From assembly GCF_006345805.1 (NCBI RefSeq), contig NC_043001.1:97526001-97590000 (forward strand): a DNA stretch of 64,000 nucleotides. Reading direction: 5' to 3'. Positions 1-13,229 of this stretch are shown in pieces. The stretch's first letter is position 1. Every line of letters begins with the position of its first letter. The translations under genes and the position numbers were made by a program. This stretch comes from Octopus sinensis (Eukaryota). A model generated the notes under the pieces. The model was not told where the DNA came from and made no database searches. It saw only the letters and a program-made list of their open reading frames with translations.

Positions 1-547
1 TAATCTTTTTTTAGGCAATCAATCAATAGTTTGCGATATTCCTTTCTTTCTCGACATCACCGATGACGTGACCAATCTCCCCCAAATCTGTTTTTAGTTT
101 GGCGTAATGATCTTCCAGGATAAAAATATGATTTGTTTCAACATAGAAGTTCACATCAAAAATCTTGAAATACCATTAAAAAATAAAAATAAAAAAATAA
201 GGTATGAATTGAAAGACCTTTCAAAGACCTATTCAAAGGAAACTACGGAGTGGCAGTGTTTTTGTTTGGTCATTCGGTTTCGGACTAGTCAATAGATGAA
301 CATGTTGCTATTAATCGCTTGGAAATATAGTGAAATATGTCATGTCTGGTTTGTGTCGGATTTACTTTCATTCTGTGTATGAGCGAGTTAGTGTCTGATG
401 CTATCTTTGGGACAATGATTTCCTCCATATATTTTGACAATGATATATTTCTAAAATATATAAAAACATTATTCAGAGCCGCATATTTTCTTCAGAAAAT
501 ATTAGACACTTTTAGACATCTACGTAAAAGGATAAATTAAAAGTTAT

Positions 548-598
548 GTGATCTATCTATCAATCTGTCTGACTGTCTATCTGTCTGTCTGTCTATCC

Positions 599-678
<80 letters not shown>

Positions 679-704
679 CTCTCTCAGTATATATATATAT
701 ATAG

Positions 705-736
<32 letters not shown>

Positions 737-743
737 ATATATA

Positions 744-779
<36 letters not shown>

Positions 780-800
780 TGTATGTATGTATGTGTGTGT
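548..800. repeat. compound microsatellite (TCTA)n/(TA)n/(TATG)n
   Basis: Tandem units read directly; explains ORF 548..922. Confidence 0.95.
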
Positions 801-959
801 ATGGATATATACTATTTTTAAAGCTGCAAAATTATCGCAAACATTCCTATTCAAATTTTCACGTTCCCGTTCATCGGACAGGTGTGATAAAGGTTTCTAG
901 CATAATACTCTACATTTGCTAAACAAGTACTATTTCTTCTTCCTCGTTTTGGGCTCAAC

Positions 960-977
960 TGTATACATATGTATATA

Positions 978-1054
<77 letters not shown>

Positions 1055-1180
1055 AGCCCCACAGCGTGGCATCTTAGGCACGTGTCTTACTCTATAGAAT
1101 CGGGGCAACCAAAGGCCTTTGAGTGGATTTAGTAGACGGAAACTGAAAGAAGCACGTCGTATGTACATATATATGTATAT

Positions 1181-1236
<56 letters not shown>

Positions 1237-1312
1237 GTGTGTGTGTGTGTGTGTGTGTGTCTGTCTGTGTGTGTGTGTGTGTGTGTCTGTGTGTGTGTGT
1301 ATGTATATATAC
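960..1312. repeat. (TA)n and (GT)n tracts flanking a partial family-A SINE (about 1052-1160, +)
   Basis: Tandem units; the internal segment gagtggatttagtagacggaaactgaaagaagc matches the full SINE at 40668-41072. Confidence 0.8.
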
Positions 1313-1634
1313 ACTGTAAGTCTATAGGGATAAAGCAGTACAAGCGGATACAGTGGTAGTTCTCAGGGTTGCGTATTCCTGAATAAGTCACTGACCGAAA
1401 TATATGGATATATTGTTTGGGAAACTACTATTTACTCGTTTAAGGGATGTACATAATACGTTGCGAAAATAACTCCTACAGTTCAAATGCTAAGAAATAG
1501 GCATACTCAATTTGATTTTTACCAAATAAATTAGGAAAATTAATGGGTTATTCCTCTTGACTATATATAAAGTTCCCTTCGAGGTACGAATGGGTTTTTC
1601 CCTTGGTTTTAAAAAAATAATATATATATCATAT

Positions 1635-1715
<81 letters not shown>

Positions 1716-2417
1716 GTATATAAAGATTCCTTCCTGGGATCCTATTATCGATTTTTTTCCAATGATCTGAGTATGCTACAAGGTGTCCATACATGAGTAC
1801 TACTCACGCATGAAGTTTCATCAAAATCGATAAAACGATGTATGAAGAGTTAGCTAATAACTCCACAAACATATCCACAGGCAGAATGTCCCGCACATAT
1901 ATATATATGGGTGTGTGTGTGTGTGTGGGTGATATGTTTCTAAGGAGAATGAGAAAGGGACGAATGCAGAGCGTTGGAATTAAACTGAACTGTAATTCAA
2001 GACAAATGGATTTCGACGAAGTAATGTATAAGGAAAGCATGAAATTAATAAGGACAGAGTAGTATTCTTGAATAATTAATTCTCAGAAAGTAGAGGAAAC
2101 CATCTTTTTTGCTTTGACAAATGTATTAAACTTCACCGAAGACTAAAAGCTACAATTTTTTTTTTACAATAGTAAAAGTTGCATTCCCCTTGAGACACTT
2201 CAATCATTTACGCATTCATCTCCTTATCGCTGTTGATTTCGCCCTTTCTTCCCTCTCTCTCTCTCTCTCTCTCTTCCCCCTCTCTCTCTCTTTCCCTCTC
2301 TCTCTCTGTCTATCTAGCTGTCTGTCTTTCTGTCTATGTATGTATATGTGGGTATGTATGAATCTTTCTAATTGCCGTCTAAAATATATGTATTGTGTAT
2401 ATTTTTCGCTTTATATA

Positions 2418-2632
2418 CCAAAGGGTGTTTGAAAAGTTCCTGGTTTTGGGTAAAATAAATTAGAGGAGGTTGAGTTGATTATGATTCCATCCAATATATT
2501 CCCCTCTCAGATTCACACATTTATTGCAACGGCCCTCCAATATTTCAAATCTTTGTAAAATACCTCCAACCAGGGTTCCAACCAGGCTTTTTGCGACACG
2601 GTTAAAGCCAGGAAGCTTTCAGCAATCTCTCT
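2418..2632. mobile_element. mariner-type MITE
   Basis: Degenerate terminal inverted repeats (gggtgtttgaaaagttcctggtttt / aaagccaggaagctttcagcaatct) flanked by TA on both sides; no ORF. Confidence 0.6.
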
Positions 2633-3017
2633 TATGTTAGTCTGTATACGTGTTTTATGTATATATGCATATTTACGTGTCTATATATATATGCATGTTT
2701 AATGTATAATATATAATGCACCTTCCACGCTATAATTGTTTTCGTTCCAGCACACAATCTCAGATCAGGTCACTTGCTATGTAAGTATGTCTCCATAACA
2801 TGTATGCATATTTGGGTATGTTAATACTCACACAAGTACTAACAACGCTCGTGTGTTCGTGAAAGAGATTCATGTAACAATAGAATATTCTCTTCCGCGA
2901 AACCATCATACATGTTACGCAAATTTTTTTATGTAACAAAAAATATAAAGGAATATAAGACTAGAATATATCTCGATTGAGCATATAATGGTTTTTATTT
3001 TGAGGGTAGATGCTTAC

Positions 3018-3362
3018 CGCAATGGCCCAGTGGTTAGAGCAGTGGACTTGCGGTCATAGGATCGTGGTTTCAATTCCCAGACTGGGCGTTGTGAGTGTTT
3101 ATATAGCGAAAATACTTTAAGCTCCATGTGGCTACTGCAAGAGGTGGTCGTGAACTCCGCTGTATTCTTTCACCACAACATTCTCTCACTTTTTAGTTCT
3201 GTTGCAGTTGTACCTGTATTTTAAATCGGCCAGCCTTGTCACTCCCTAAGAAGTAAATTAATGGTACACGTGTCTGTGGCGTGAGAAGCCACTTACACGT
3301 TAATTTCACGAGCAGTTAGTTCCGTTGATCGGATCAACTAGAACCCTCGTCGTCGCAACTGT
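3018..3362 (+). mobile_element. tRNA-derived SINE, family C
   Basis: A-box-like tggcccagtggttag and B-box-like gtttcaattcc; colinear with 39718-40092. Confidence 0.85.
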
Positions 3363-3394
3363 ATACATGTATACACACACACACACACATTCAG

Positions 3395-3428
<34 letters not shown>

Positions 3429-3848
3429 TCTTTTATTATTTGACCGGGTTAATTCATTTGATTGCAGCCGAAGAAATTGGCATCAGGACTTATTCTTTTT
3501 AAAACTAGTACTGATTTTATCATCGTTTTTGACGAACCGCAAGCCAAGTAAAAAGTTGTCAGGAAGAAATATCTGTCTGAAACCAGTCGTTCATTATAAT
3601 CTATATAAAGTTGATATATACAAGCCTATGATCTGCTTCCATTATCATATTAAATCAACATTTATTTGCTATCAGTGCGTAGCAGATGAAATACAAAGAC
3701 ACACACAAACACACACACACACTTGTATATATATAATCACCCCATTTGATTTATATGGACAATATCATACAAAATCTTGGTGCATTTAACTTAACTACCA
3801 TATTCATCTGAATCTAAATTTTGCTGAACTTATATATATATATATATA

Positions 3849-4005
3849 TACGACGATCTTCGCTTCTTTCAGTTTCCCTCTACCATATCCACTCACAAGG
3901 CTTTGGTCGATCCGTAGCAATAGGAGACTTGTCCAAGATGCCACGCAGTGAATCTGAACCCAGAACCATGTACTTTAGAAGCAAGTTTCTTACCGCACAT
4001 CCACG
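3849..4005 (-). mobile_element. tRNA-derived SINE family A, 5' half
   Basis: Reverse complement matches the head of 40668-41072. Confidence 0.75.
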
Positions 4006-4019
4006 TCTTTCTCTGTCTC

Positions 4020-4118
4020 TCTATGTATTTGTGTATGTATGTATGTATGTATGTATGTATGTATGTATGTATGTATGTATGTATGTATGTATGTATGTAT
4101 GTATGCATGTATGTATCC

Positions 4119-4198
<80 letters not shown>

Positions 4199-4224
4199 CT
4201 CTCTCTTCTCTCTCTCTATCTCTC

Positions 4225-4256
<32 letters not shown>

Positions 4257-4330
4257 ATATATTATATATACTATACTATACACATACATACATATGTATG
4301 TGGATGCGAATATATATTATATTTATATAT
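4020..4330. repeat. compound microsatellite (TATG)n/(TCTA)n/(TC)n/(TA)n
   Basis: Tandem units read directly. Confidence 0.95.
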
Positions 4331-5571
4331 AAAACTCTAGGTTGACTGCGTATAGTGAAGCTGTTTGTGATAGTACTGTCCTGTTTTACCCATGTGTATA
4401 AATGGCACGTTTTCATTGCGTTGCACTTTACAGAAAGACTCCGTTAATATTAATTAGCTCTATTAATTTCAATAGATAGTCAAGACATCCATTCTTTGGC
4501 AAATTATTATCGGCCATTTTAATTGAACTTCGGTTGTAGGCTCAGATAATCAAAATCTTACCATTCGCCATTCTCGGCAATATACTACTGGAGTGTTTTA
4601 TAGCGCAAGTTTATAGAAAACTTTTTTTCAATGTCTTATAAGAAGACTTGCGTTTGATTGAATATGATCTCTGCAAGTAGAACAGAAAAGAAAAAAAGGA
4701 AAGCACATTTATATTTGAAATTGAATATAAAGTTTCTTTGGAGATCTACCGTAGTCTTTCACTCTAAATTCCTTCTGTTACTCCATTGATAAGGCGAAAT
4801 TGAACGTATGCTGATACTTCGCTTTATTCTTTATTAAGCAGTAAATATGGTTGCGGCACACGTTATTATTTTCTTTGTATTTCATCTGCTACGCACTGAT
4901 AGCAAATAAATGTTGATTTAATATTATAATGGAAGCAGATCATAGACTTGTATATATCAAGTTTATATTGATTATAATGAACGACTGGTTTCAGACAGAT
5001 ATTTCCTCCTGACAGCTTCTTACTTGGCTTGTGGTGAATGACATAACCAGCATAGATTTCAACTTATGAATACGTAATATTTTGTCTGTTATATTGACTG
5101 AGACTCTATTAAATATATTACATTCTTAGAAGCAGCATAACTAATTACTGTTCAACCAAAATACTTGGGTTCCACCAAGTGAAAATGAATAGAAAATGAA
5201 TAGAATTCTTGCAGACGTCTCACTTGTTGGTAACGATGTTATGATTTTTTAATGATATGATATATGTAAGGAGGTAATATATGTATATTGCTCGGCTAAT
5301 TTGCCGGTGTTAAAACAGGTAAACTATTGATTACATCAAGCTGATTATTTAAGAGAAGTTAGATTTTCTTCCGTTATTCCAAAGCATCAACCCATTTATC
5401 AGTTATGGTACAATACTTGGTGTAAGATCCATAATTACTTTTATAGTTACGCCAAAGCGAATGCACACAAACTCTTTTACAGCTATATACATAAGCGTCC
5501 CGGCTCACATGCATATATACGCATACTTAAATATATCATATATACAGACATGTTTTTATATGTATGTATGA

Positions 5572-5605
<34 letters not shown>

Positions 5606-5659
5606 ACACGCACACACACATACACACACACACACACACACATATATATATTATATTAT

Positions 5660-5848
5660 ATTTTACTCGTTTTAGTCACTAGATTGCGACCACGTTGGAG
5701 AAATTTTAGTCGAATGAATCAACCTCAATACTGTCGAGCCTGGCAGATTTTTCTGTCGGTCTCAATTCCCGAACCGCTAATTTACACGTCATCACTGATT
5801 TTCAAGCGTGTGGTGGGGAAAAGACACCGACACAAAGACATCCCACCA

Positions 5849-5911
<63 letters not shown>

Positions 5912-5933
5912 AGTGAGTGTGAGAGAGAGAGAG

Positions 5934-5985
<52 letters not shown>

Positions 5986-6120
5986 GAGAGAAAGAGAGAG
6001 AGAGACTATCAGCCAAAATTCACTTGCAGGTCTTTGAAAGGCCCAGTTTATTATAGAAGACATTTGCCCGAGTTGCAACGCAGTGAGACTGAACCCGGAA
6101 CATGTGGTTGGGAAGCAAAT
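5660..6120 (-). mobile_element. decayed family-A SINE with expanded internal (TA)n/(GATA)n/(GA)n
   Basis: Head-like sequence at about 6005-6120 and tail-like sequence at about 5660-5850 match the reverse complement of family A. Confidence 0.6.
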
Positions 6121-6329
6121 AATATATATTACATAAAATATGGTACAATTTACCCAATGCATGACTTACAATAATTCATGTAGCTGGACGAATGGGCAAT
6201 TCATAATATAAAAGCAAAAAAAAAAAACGTTTGTTTTATTACGTTAAACCTGATATGCAAGGGGTGATGGTTGCTGAAAACTGAACAGGATTTATAAAAT
6301 TTCTTCTGAATCTCATAATTAGAGCCAAA

Positions 6330-6690
6330 AACGTTCATGATGGCGCTAATACTTCTCTTCTTGCTTGGGCTGGTGGTTTTTCTGGTGACTCTGCAGCAAT
6401 TTTCTTTATCACACTTTCATTTTGTGTAAAACTTTTGCTGAAAGTGTTCGACGTTAAATGAGTTAAACGTTCAACGTAAGGTCTTCCTTCCTAATGAATA
6501 ACGTAATGCTTTCAATGTTCCAGTGTAATGCTCTCCGAGAATATAAAACAGACGGATGAACACATTCGCCACAACTTTATGAGCTGATCGCCGGCATTTG
6601 AAACCTGAAATTATCCAGCTTTTGAGAGGCCGGTTGATGCTATAATCTGCATCATGGAGATACGGTCAGATTTCATTGCCACCGTCTAAA
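6330..6690 (-). mobile_element. possible decayed FLYWCH/MULE-like transposase N-terminal remnant
   Basis: Manual translation with stops and frameshifts: GGNEI*PYLHDADYSINR..KCRRSAHK..C and VIKKIAAESPEKPPAQARREVLA, loosely like a FLYWCH finger plus the following helix. Weak. Confidence 0.3.
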
Positions 6691-7328
6691 TCGTAATTGA
6701 GGGCTTTAATGTCTTCAAGCAGCTCAATCAGAGCAAACTTCCGTATTCTCGCACATTTTAAGATGTCAAATACATAAGTATATAATGAATTGGTGTTCCA
6801 AATAAATATATGTCGAGTGACGTTCTTTCTTCTTTCTTTGCATGCAAAACCGGAGTTTCGAATGCTTGCAGACAATACGCAAAGTATATTCAAATATTTT
6901 AGCTTTCGTTTCTCATCTGTTTTTATCCATGAAATATATTTTGTTTATATGTCAATTCGCAGCCGGATAGCGGCCGGGAAAACTCCGCAAAAGACGCTGA
7001 GAGTTAAAGAACATTTGAGTATCACAGAGCAGGCGCGGCATCTCACCACGCAGTCATCGAGAATGGTAGATATCGATATTCCGGCATTATTGTGGCTTAT
7101 CAATACCACGTAACAGGTTCAGCTCGAAACAATGTGAATCGTTGATCTATCACTTTTATGCAGAACGAATGAGGTGCATTTGCTGATATGCAGCGACGTA
7201 GTACACACAGACAGAGACACCCCACCACATCACACATATACATGCACACACACGCAAATATATATACAAATGAGTGGACAGACGAAAGAAAAAATGCATT
7301 CAACGCATTTATTAGGAATTATATATCC

Positions 7329-7508
7329 TATTTAAAACAACTTGATTCGATTCCATGCGACTTGAAGTTTCAATGGCTTTTAACAGAAGCCAGTCTGTTT
7401 TTCACATTAGTTTACCGAATTCGATAACCTAATGCCTGAAAGAGACGGCTTCTGTTAGAGACCATAGAAAATTCAAGCCGCATAAAACCAATCAGCCTGT
7501 TTTAAATA
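7329..7508. repeat. imperfect long hairpin (about 80-bp arms, 18-nt loop)
   Basis: 7329-7410 (tatttaaaaca..ttaacagaagccagtctgtttttcacattag) is the near reverse complement of 7429-7508 (ctaatgcctgaaagagacggcttctgttag..tgttttaaata). Confidence 0.85.
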
Positions 7509-7557
7509 ATACACACACATACAAACCCCCACACACATTTATATATATATATATATG

Positions 7558-7637
<80 letters not shown>

Positions 7638-7657
7638 TATATATATACAGATCTATA

Positions 7658-8157
7658 TACATATATGAGAGCTCCCTTACGCTAGCCACTAAAAGTTGTT
7701 CCCAAGAAAAAATTTAGAACACCATAAACGTAAGCGGGCTGGACAAATGAAAAATAACAACAATATAGATTAACCCTATACAATTGTTTCACTGTTAATA
7801 AATTATGCAATTTTACTTACACAATTAATTCGTAGATCGTCAGTAGAGTCTGTCAAGAATATAATTTGTCGAACTGCACGCCATATATTTACACGAGGCC
7901 AAAAATGCAAGCAGTACGGCCTATTACATTCATTGTTATATTCAAATGCCCTCCCCTCGTTCAGTGCGCCAAATTTCCGGAAATAAATACCGCATAAAAC
8001 AATTCACTGCAGTAGCTAACGCCGGTTTGAGAACAATATTAATTAAGAATTAAAATTAAAATGAGGGTGAAAAATTGTATATTAATTTAATAGAGAACAA
8101 CATTTAGTGGCTAGCGTAAGGGAGCTCACTTTTAGTGGATTCACTCTCATATATGTA
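7658..8157. mobile_element. non-autonomous TIR element (MITE)
   Basis: Left end tacatatatgagagctcccttacgctagccactaaaagttgttc is inverted at 8093-8157; the left copy lacks 16 nt; TA-rich flanks. Confidence 0.7.
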
Positions 8158-8307
8158 TTAATAATATTTACTGAATCTTAGTTTTTTATGCGTTAAACCA
8201 TTGGTGTTAAACTGATATTATTAAATTAATATACATTTTTTCACCCTCATTTTGATTATATATATATTATATATGTATACATGTTTGCATGTATGTATGT
8301 ATATATG

Positions 8308-8355
<48 letters not shown>

Positions 8356-8359
8356 CTAT

Positions 8360-8415
<56 letters not shown>

Positions 8416-8429
8416 GTATATACATATAC

Positions 8430-8718
8430 GTGAAGGCGCATAGCTTAGTGGTTACAGCATCGAGTTTATGATCGTGAGATTGTGAGTTCGAATTCCGAAC
8501 CGGTCTACGTTTTGTGTTCTTGAGCAAGACACTTTATTTAACGTTGTTCCAGTAGGTGCCAAGCTGTATTGGCCCTAGCCTTTCCCTTGGATAACATCGG
8601 TGGTGTGGAGAGGGGAGGTTGGTATGCATGGACGACTGCTGATCTGCCATAAACAACTTTGCCAGCACTTGCGTCTGGGCGGGTAACATTCTAGGTGCAA
8701 TCCCATGGTCAGTCATAT
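8430..8718 (+). mobile_element. tRNA-derived SINE with CORE-like central domain
   Basis: tagcttagtggtta A box, gagttcgaattcc B box, then ttgtgttcttgagcaagacactt. Confidence 0.75.
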
Positions 8719-8818
8719 ATATATGAAATTTATAGAAAAAACAAATTATGAAGACAGATGCATGAACAAGAAGCAGGTAAATTAATTTGACGATCGTGAA
8801 AATGAAAATTGGGTAAGT

Positions 8819-8855
8819 CCTTCACGTTTCGAGCCTACGCTCTTCAACAGAAAGG
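8819..8855 (-). ncRNA. degenerate minimal type I hammerhead ribozyme motif in a short repeat (about 8725-8900)
   Basis: Minus strand CCTTT-CTGTTGA-A-GAGC(gtag)GCTC-GAA-ACGT-G-AAGG. Stems I and II pair; A6 and the cleavage-site base are non-canonical. Confidence 0.55.
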
Positions 8856-9194
8856 AATAAGAGAAAAAAAACATAGAGAATGAAAAACATTCTGTAGATA
8901 TAGCATTCAAGCTTGACTACAGGTTAGAAATGGAGTTTGAAAGAAGAGGTTGCAACGATGGAAGATAATAAAGTGACGTGACCCCAAATGAGTTTGCGCG
9001 TGCATTTGTGTGTATATGAGATACATACTTATACATATACATATATACATATACATAAATATATGAATACACACATATATATATATATGATGATGATTGC
9101 TTCATCGTCATAGATGATAGATGTCCTGTCAATACACACACCACATTTCACAGCCAACTTTCCCCATTGCCGAGCCCTCAAATAACATTTCAGA

Positions 9195-9675
9195 CCAGCT
9201 GGAGTGGCTCTGTGGCAAGTAGATGGCTTACGAACCACATGGCTCAGTGGTTCAGTCGTACTGCTTGACACTTTGCGCAAGTGTCTTCTACCATAGTCTC
9301 GGGCCGACCCGGGCCAAATGAGTAGATTCAGTAGAGAAAAAACTGGAAGAAGCCCGTAATATATATCGTCATCATCATCATCATCGTCGTTTAACGTCCG
9401 TTCTCCATGCTAGCATGGGTTGGACATATATGTTTATATGTATGTGTATGTGTGTGTTTGTGTGCACGCTCGTCGGTGCTTGTCTGCCCACCATCGCTTG
9501 ACAACTGATGCTGATGTGTTTACGTCCCTGTAACCCGGCTGTTCGGCAAAAAGTGAACGATAGAGTAACTACTAGACTTACAAAGAATAAGTCCTGGGGT
9601 CGATTTGGTCGACTGGAGGCGGTGCTCCCAGCATGGCAGCAGTGAAATGACTGAAACAAATAAAATAATAAAAGA
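9195..9675 (+). mobile_element. family-A SINE with a short nested insertion (about 9368-9425) in its microsatellite spacer
   Basis: Head, body and tail colinear with 40668-41072; insert reads (cat)n-cgtttaacgtccgttctccatgctagcatgggttggac. Confidence 0.8.
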
Positions 9676-9709
<34 letters not shown>

Positions 9710-10007
9710 GTATTACTATAGTACTGTTGCACTCTTTTGGCCTGAATATCGGACGCAGTTATGCACAGCTAATGGTAATACGCATCCTCGCATTATTACA
9801 GATTTCGAAAGATGCCACATTGCTCGCTAGTTGAACAGATCCACAGTACTGAAAATATGGAATGACATTGCATCGTAGGATTACCTATCTGCAGTTGAGT
9901 GGAAAAGAAATACAGAAAAGGATGTGTTGTGACGAAGAACACAACGCACCACCGGTCATGTGATTATGAGTGTAAAACACAAACCACGAAACCATAAACT
10001 GTCTCTC

Positions 10008-10051
<44 letters not shown>

Positions 10052-10157
10052 GACACCACACACATAGATACACAAGCACACACAAATAGTGAGAAGAAAT
10101 CTGTGTGCAATCCCAGGTAATATCTTGAAAAGTCTTTTAGTCAAATTTTTTTAAATA

Positions 10158-10722
10158 TTGGATTGACCGGAAAGATCGTACCGATTGTTAAAAGAAAGAA
10201 AAAGGTCAATAAATACTTGCCATTACATTTTTAATCAACCAAATATGAACCATTTTGTTGTACAATGCGTCTCCATCTTTCCTTTAACTTGAAAATACCC
10301 TTCTCTCAGATTTGAAGTGGTTTCATGGCAAAGAATTCATCAAGGAATCTTTTTACGTCACCCAAGGAATTGAAATTTTTACCATTAAGACTATTCTGCA
10401 GAGACCTGAATAAGTGGAAATCCGAAGGAGCAATATCTGGTGAATATGGAGGGTGGGGTAACACATCCCAGCCGAGGTGCAGCAATTTTTATCTGGTTCC
10501 CAAAGCATCAAGTGCCAAAAATGAACTTTCTTATCTTCCATTTCAAAGGGTTACAGAATTAACACAGGTTATAGGAACATAAACCTTCTTCCACGAAAAA
10601 TTGCTTCAACTGTGCTGTAAATGAAGGTGCAGTCAAATCCTATTTCATGGACTCAACAAAGTTCTAAAATAAGTCGAAAGGTAAGCTACTATAAATCGGC
10701 ACGAACTTTCCAGATAAACCAA
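10158..10722 (-). mobile_element. internally deleted mariner transposon
   Basis: About 29-bp TIRs (ttggattgaccggaaagatcgtaccgatt / aatcggcacgaactttccagataaaccaa) with TA on both sides. Minus strand gives N-terminal MEDKKVHFWHLML joined to LGWDVLPHPPYSPDIAPSDFHLFRSLQNSL (mariner YSPDLAPSD motif). Confidence 0.9.
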
Positions 10723-11825
10723 TATAATAATAAATAAATCGCTGTGACTAGAGGATCAATCTGATATTTAAAAAAAATGCAAACCACTCAAGAAGGCAAA
10801 ACACACCTCCTTTAATTCTACACGTACTTAAATCATTTTTACGAATTGTATTATGTGGTTATTTAGTATATAGGATATTGCTTCTTAAACTTAAAAAAGA
10901 AATACGTTTACGTCTTCGAATAATCATTGCTGATATTAAAGTTTATAGATAACGTCTTGCATTCGGATTACTTTAATTTCTTTGTGATAATTTCTGCTTT
11001 AAAGTGTCAGATTCTTTAGATTAGTTTGTCACAATTTTCTGACTTGATCAATAACGCAAATTCCACAGCATATCTGGTAAAGATTATGTGCGTGCGTGTG
11101 TATATGTGTGTGTGTGTGTGTGTGTATGTGTGTGTGTGTGAGAGAGAGAGAGAGGCTGTGGGTGCTTGTGTGTTGGGAGGGTTTGTTTGAGAATGCGTTT
11201 ATATTAGCACGTCTAGAAACTAACCAATTGAAAATTTCATAAACTCACTTTTTATTTCCAGCAATGGCTGTATATCTTTGGAATTTACACTCATCTACAC
11301 GTAGACATACGCACATACACATACGCACAGTATATATACACACACACACGCACACACACATAACACGCACAATATATACACGCACGCACACACACACACA
11401 TATGCACTCACACACAAATTGCATAAATGTTGCATAAATTTTTTGAAGTTTATTACAAAATCATGCTCGTAGATTAAGAAAATACCTGTTTTTATGTAAT
11501 CAAATTACATATTTGTACATAAATTAGACATTTAGTAAATGTAACATAACTCTTTTCACATTTTCATTCTGCTTTAAATCGTTTTAGTTAACATAAATGG
11601 AGCAAGCATCCATTTCTCTATGTGTGCTTCAGTATTCGTTACTTAATATTTTGGCAAGATGTGGTGAACCGTGTTGTCATGGAAGAGTTTCAGCCAAAGA
11701 AATATATTTGAATCTGTCTTCTATATTTTTCTGTTTTGGAAATATCGTTAATCATTAAGTATTTATACCGTATATTATGTTATATAATTTTTCTTCTATT
11801 TCCGAATTTTATACTTTCGTTTTTG

Positions 11826-12993
11826 CAGTTGGTACCTGCTGGCATGGAGAGGAAGGTGCAGGCTGCCGCTTTGCACATCGGTGACCCTGCCGCAGAGACA
11901 CGAAACGAAAACAGGTAAACAAACCATCAACACAAGGAAAAGGGATGGACCACGCACCACCTGCCCCAAAACGGAGGTACGCAGATGTGGTGTTGCCACA
12001 AACCGCCAACATGATGTTGTTGAAAGGGCAGCTGCTGAGCACCTGCACAAACACATGCAATGTGAGCTGGACGAAATATACAAGTGGGCTGAAATGAATA
12101 GCATGCAGTTCAATGCTGAAAAAGTTTCAAGCTTTATACTCTCAGCATGCAAAACTGAATGCAATACCCAATGAATACACTGGACCCGGAGGGATTGCAA
12201 TCCCAGAGGCACAATCAGTGCGTGTCCTTGGTATTCACATGAGTGATGACGCGACCTTTCATGTACATGTTGCTAAACTGGCAATGAAATGCAGACGGCT
12301 GGCTGGATGGATTCTTAGAACCTTTAGAACAAGAGAACAAAACCATGATGGGCCTCTGGAAGACACTTATCCTAAGCCACTTTGACTATTGCTCTCAGCT
12401 ATGGTCACCATCCAGTGTCAAGTTGATCACAGAACTTGAGGCGATCCAACGAAGCTACACGAAGAAGATAGCCTCTGTGCAACATATGAGCTACTGGGAA
12501 AGACTCAAGAGATTAAAGCTCTATTCCCTGGAGCGTAGGCGAGAAAGATATGCCATAATATATATCTGGAAGATCCTGGAAGGAGTGGCCCAGACTTTGG
12601 CATCGAGAGTCACACAAATGCCAGAACCGGACGCCACTGCGTAGTACCAAGGACTCCAAATTTGCCATCAAGATGTAGGATAAGATATTGTGATAGCCTG
12701 GGCTTCAGAGGCCCACAGCTCTTCAATATCCTCCCAAAGAACCTGAGGGACCTGCATGGTGTGGATGCGGATGTCTTTAAAGTAGGACTGGTTCTCTTCC
12801 TGTCAGGTGTCCCGGATGAACCAACTTCACGGCAGGAGGTGCAGATGAGGGCAGCTGCATCGAACTCTCTCATGCATCAGATGGCGTTTGCTAAAAAGCA
12901 TCCGTGAGGTAAAATCGTGTAGCAAACCAAATGGCGGTGCCCCAGCATGGCCACAGCTCATTAGCTGAAACTGGAAAAATCAAAATCAAAATC
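11826..12993 (+). mobile_element. CR1/Jockey-group LINE, frameshifted RT C-terminal region plus 3' UTR
   Basis: Consecutive ORFs 11881-12174, 12113-12385, 12345-12644 and 12662-12907 give IYKWAEMNSMQFNAEK, VLGIHMSDD, DYCSQLWSP, LEAIQRSYTKKI, SYWERLKRLKLYSLERRRERY and RGPQLFNILP; tail ends in (aaaatc)n. Confidence 0.9.
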
Positions 12994-13189
12994 TATATAT
13001 ATATATATATACGTTTAAATGTTTGTTGTGCAAGATTTTTTATGTGAAGTCGTGTGTTGAAACAGATATTGTTATATTTCGGAATGGTCATATTGCCAGT
13101 TTAGCCAATAAAAACACACGCACTATATATTTGGTGTTATTTTGCTTCAGTGTTATTTATTTTTCACATTAATCTTAATCTTATTTCGG

Positions 13190-13229
13190 CCAGAGTTCTT
13201 TCGTCACACTCCTGTGACCGCATCAGTGG
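13190..13229 (-). ncRNA. degenerate minimal type I hammerhead motif in a short repeat (about 13010-13290)
   Basis: Minus strand CCA-CTGATGCG-GTCACA(ggag)TGTGAC-GAA-AGAACT-C-TGG. Stem II is perfect and stem I is CCA/TGG; A9 appears as C. Confidence 0.55.

Noticed and set aside
1-540. Minus-strand open stretches (WYFKIFDVNF..; YHCQNIWRK, faintly MULE-like)
   Set aside because: Too few conserved residues, no consistent frame and no flanking motifs.
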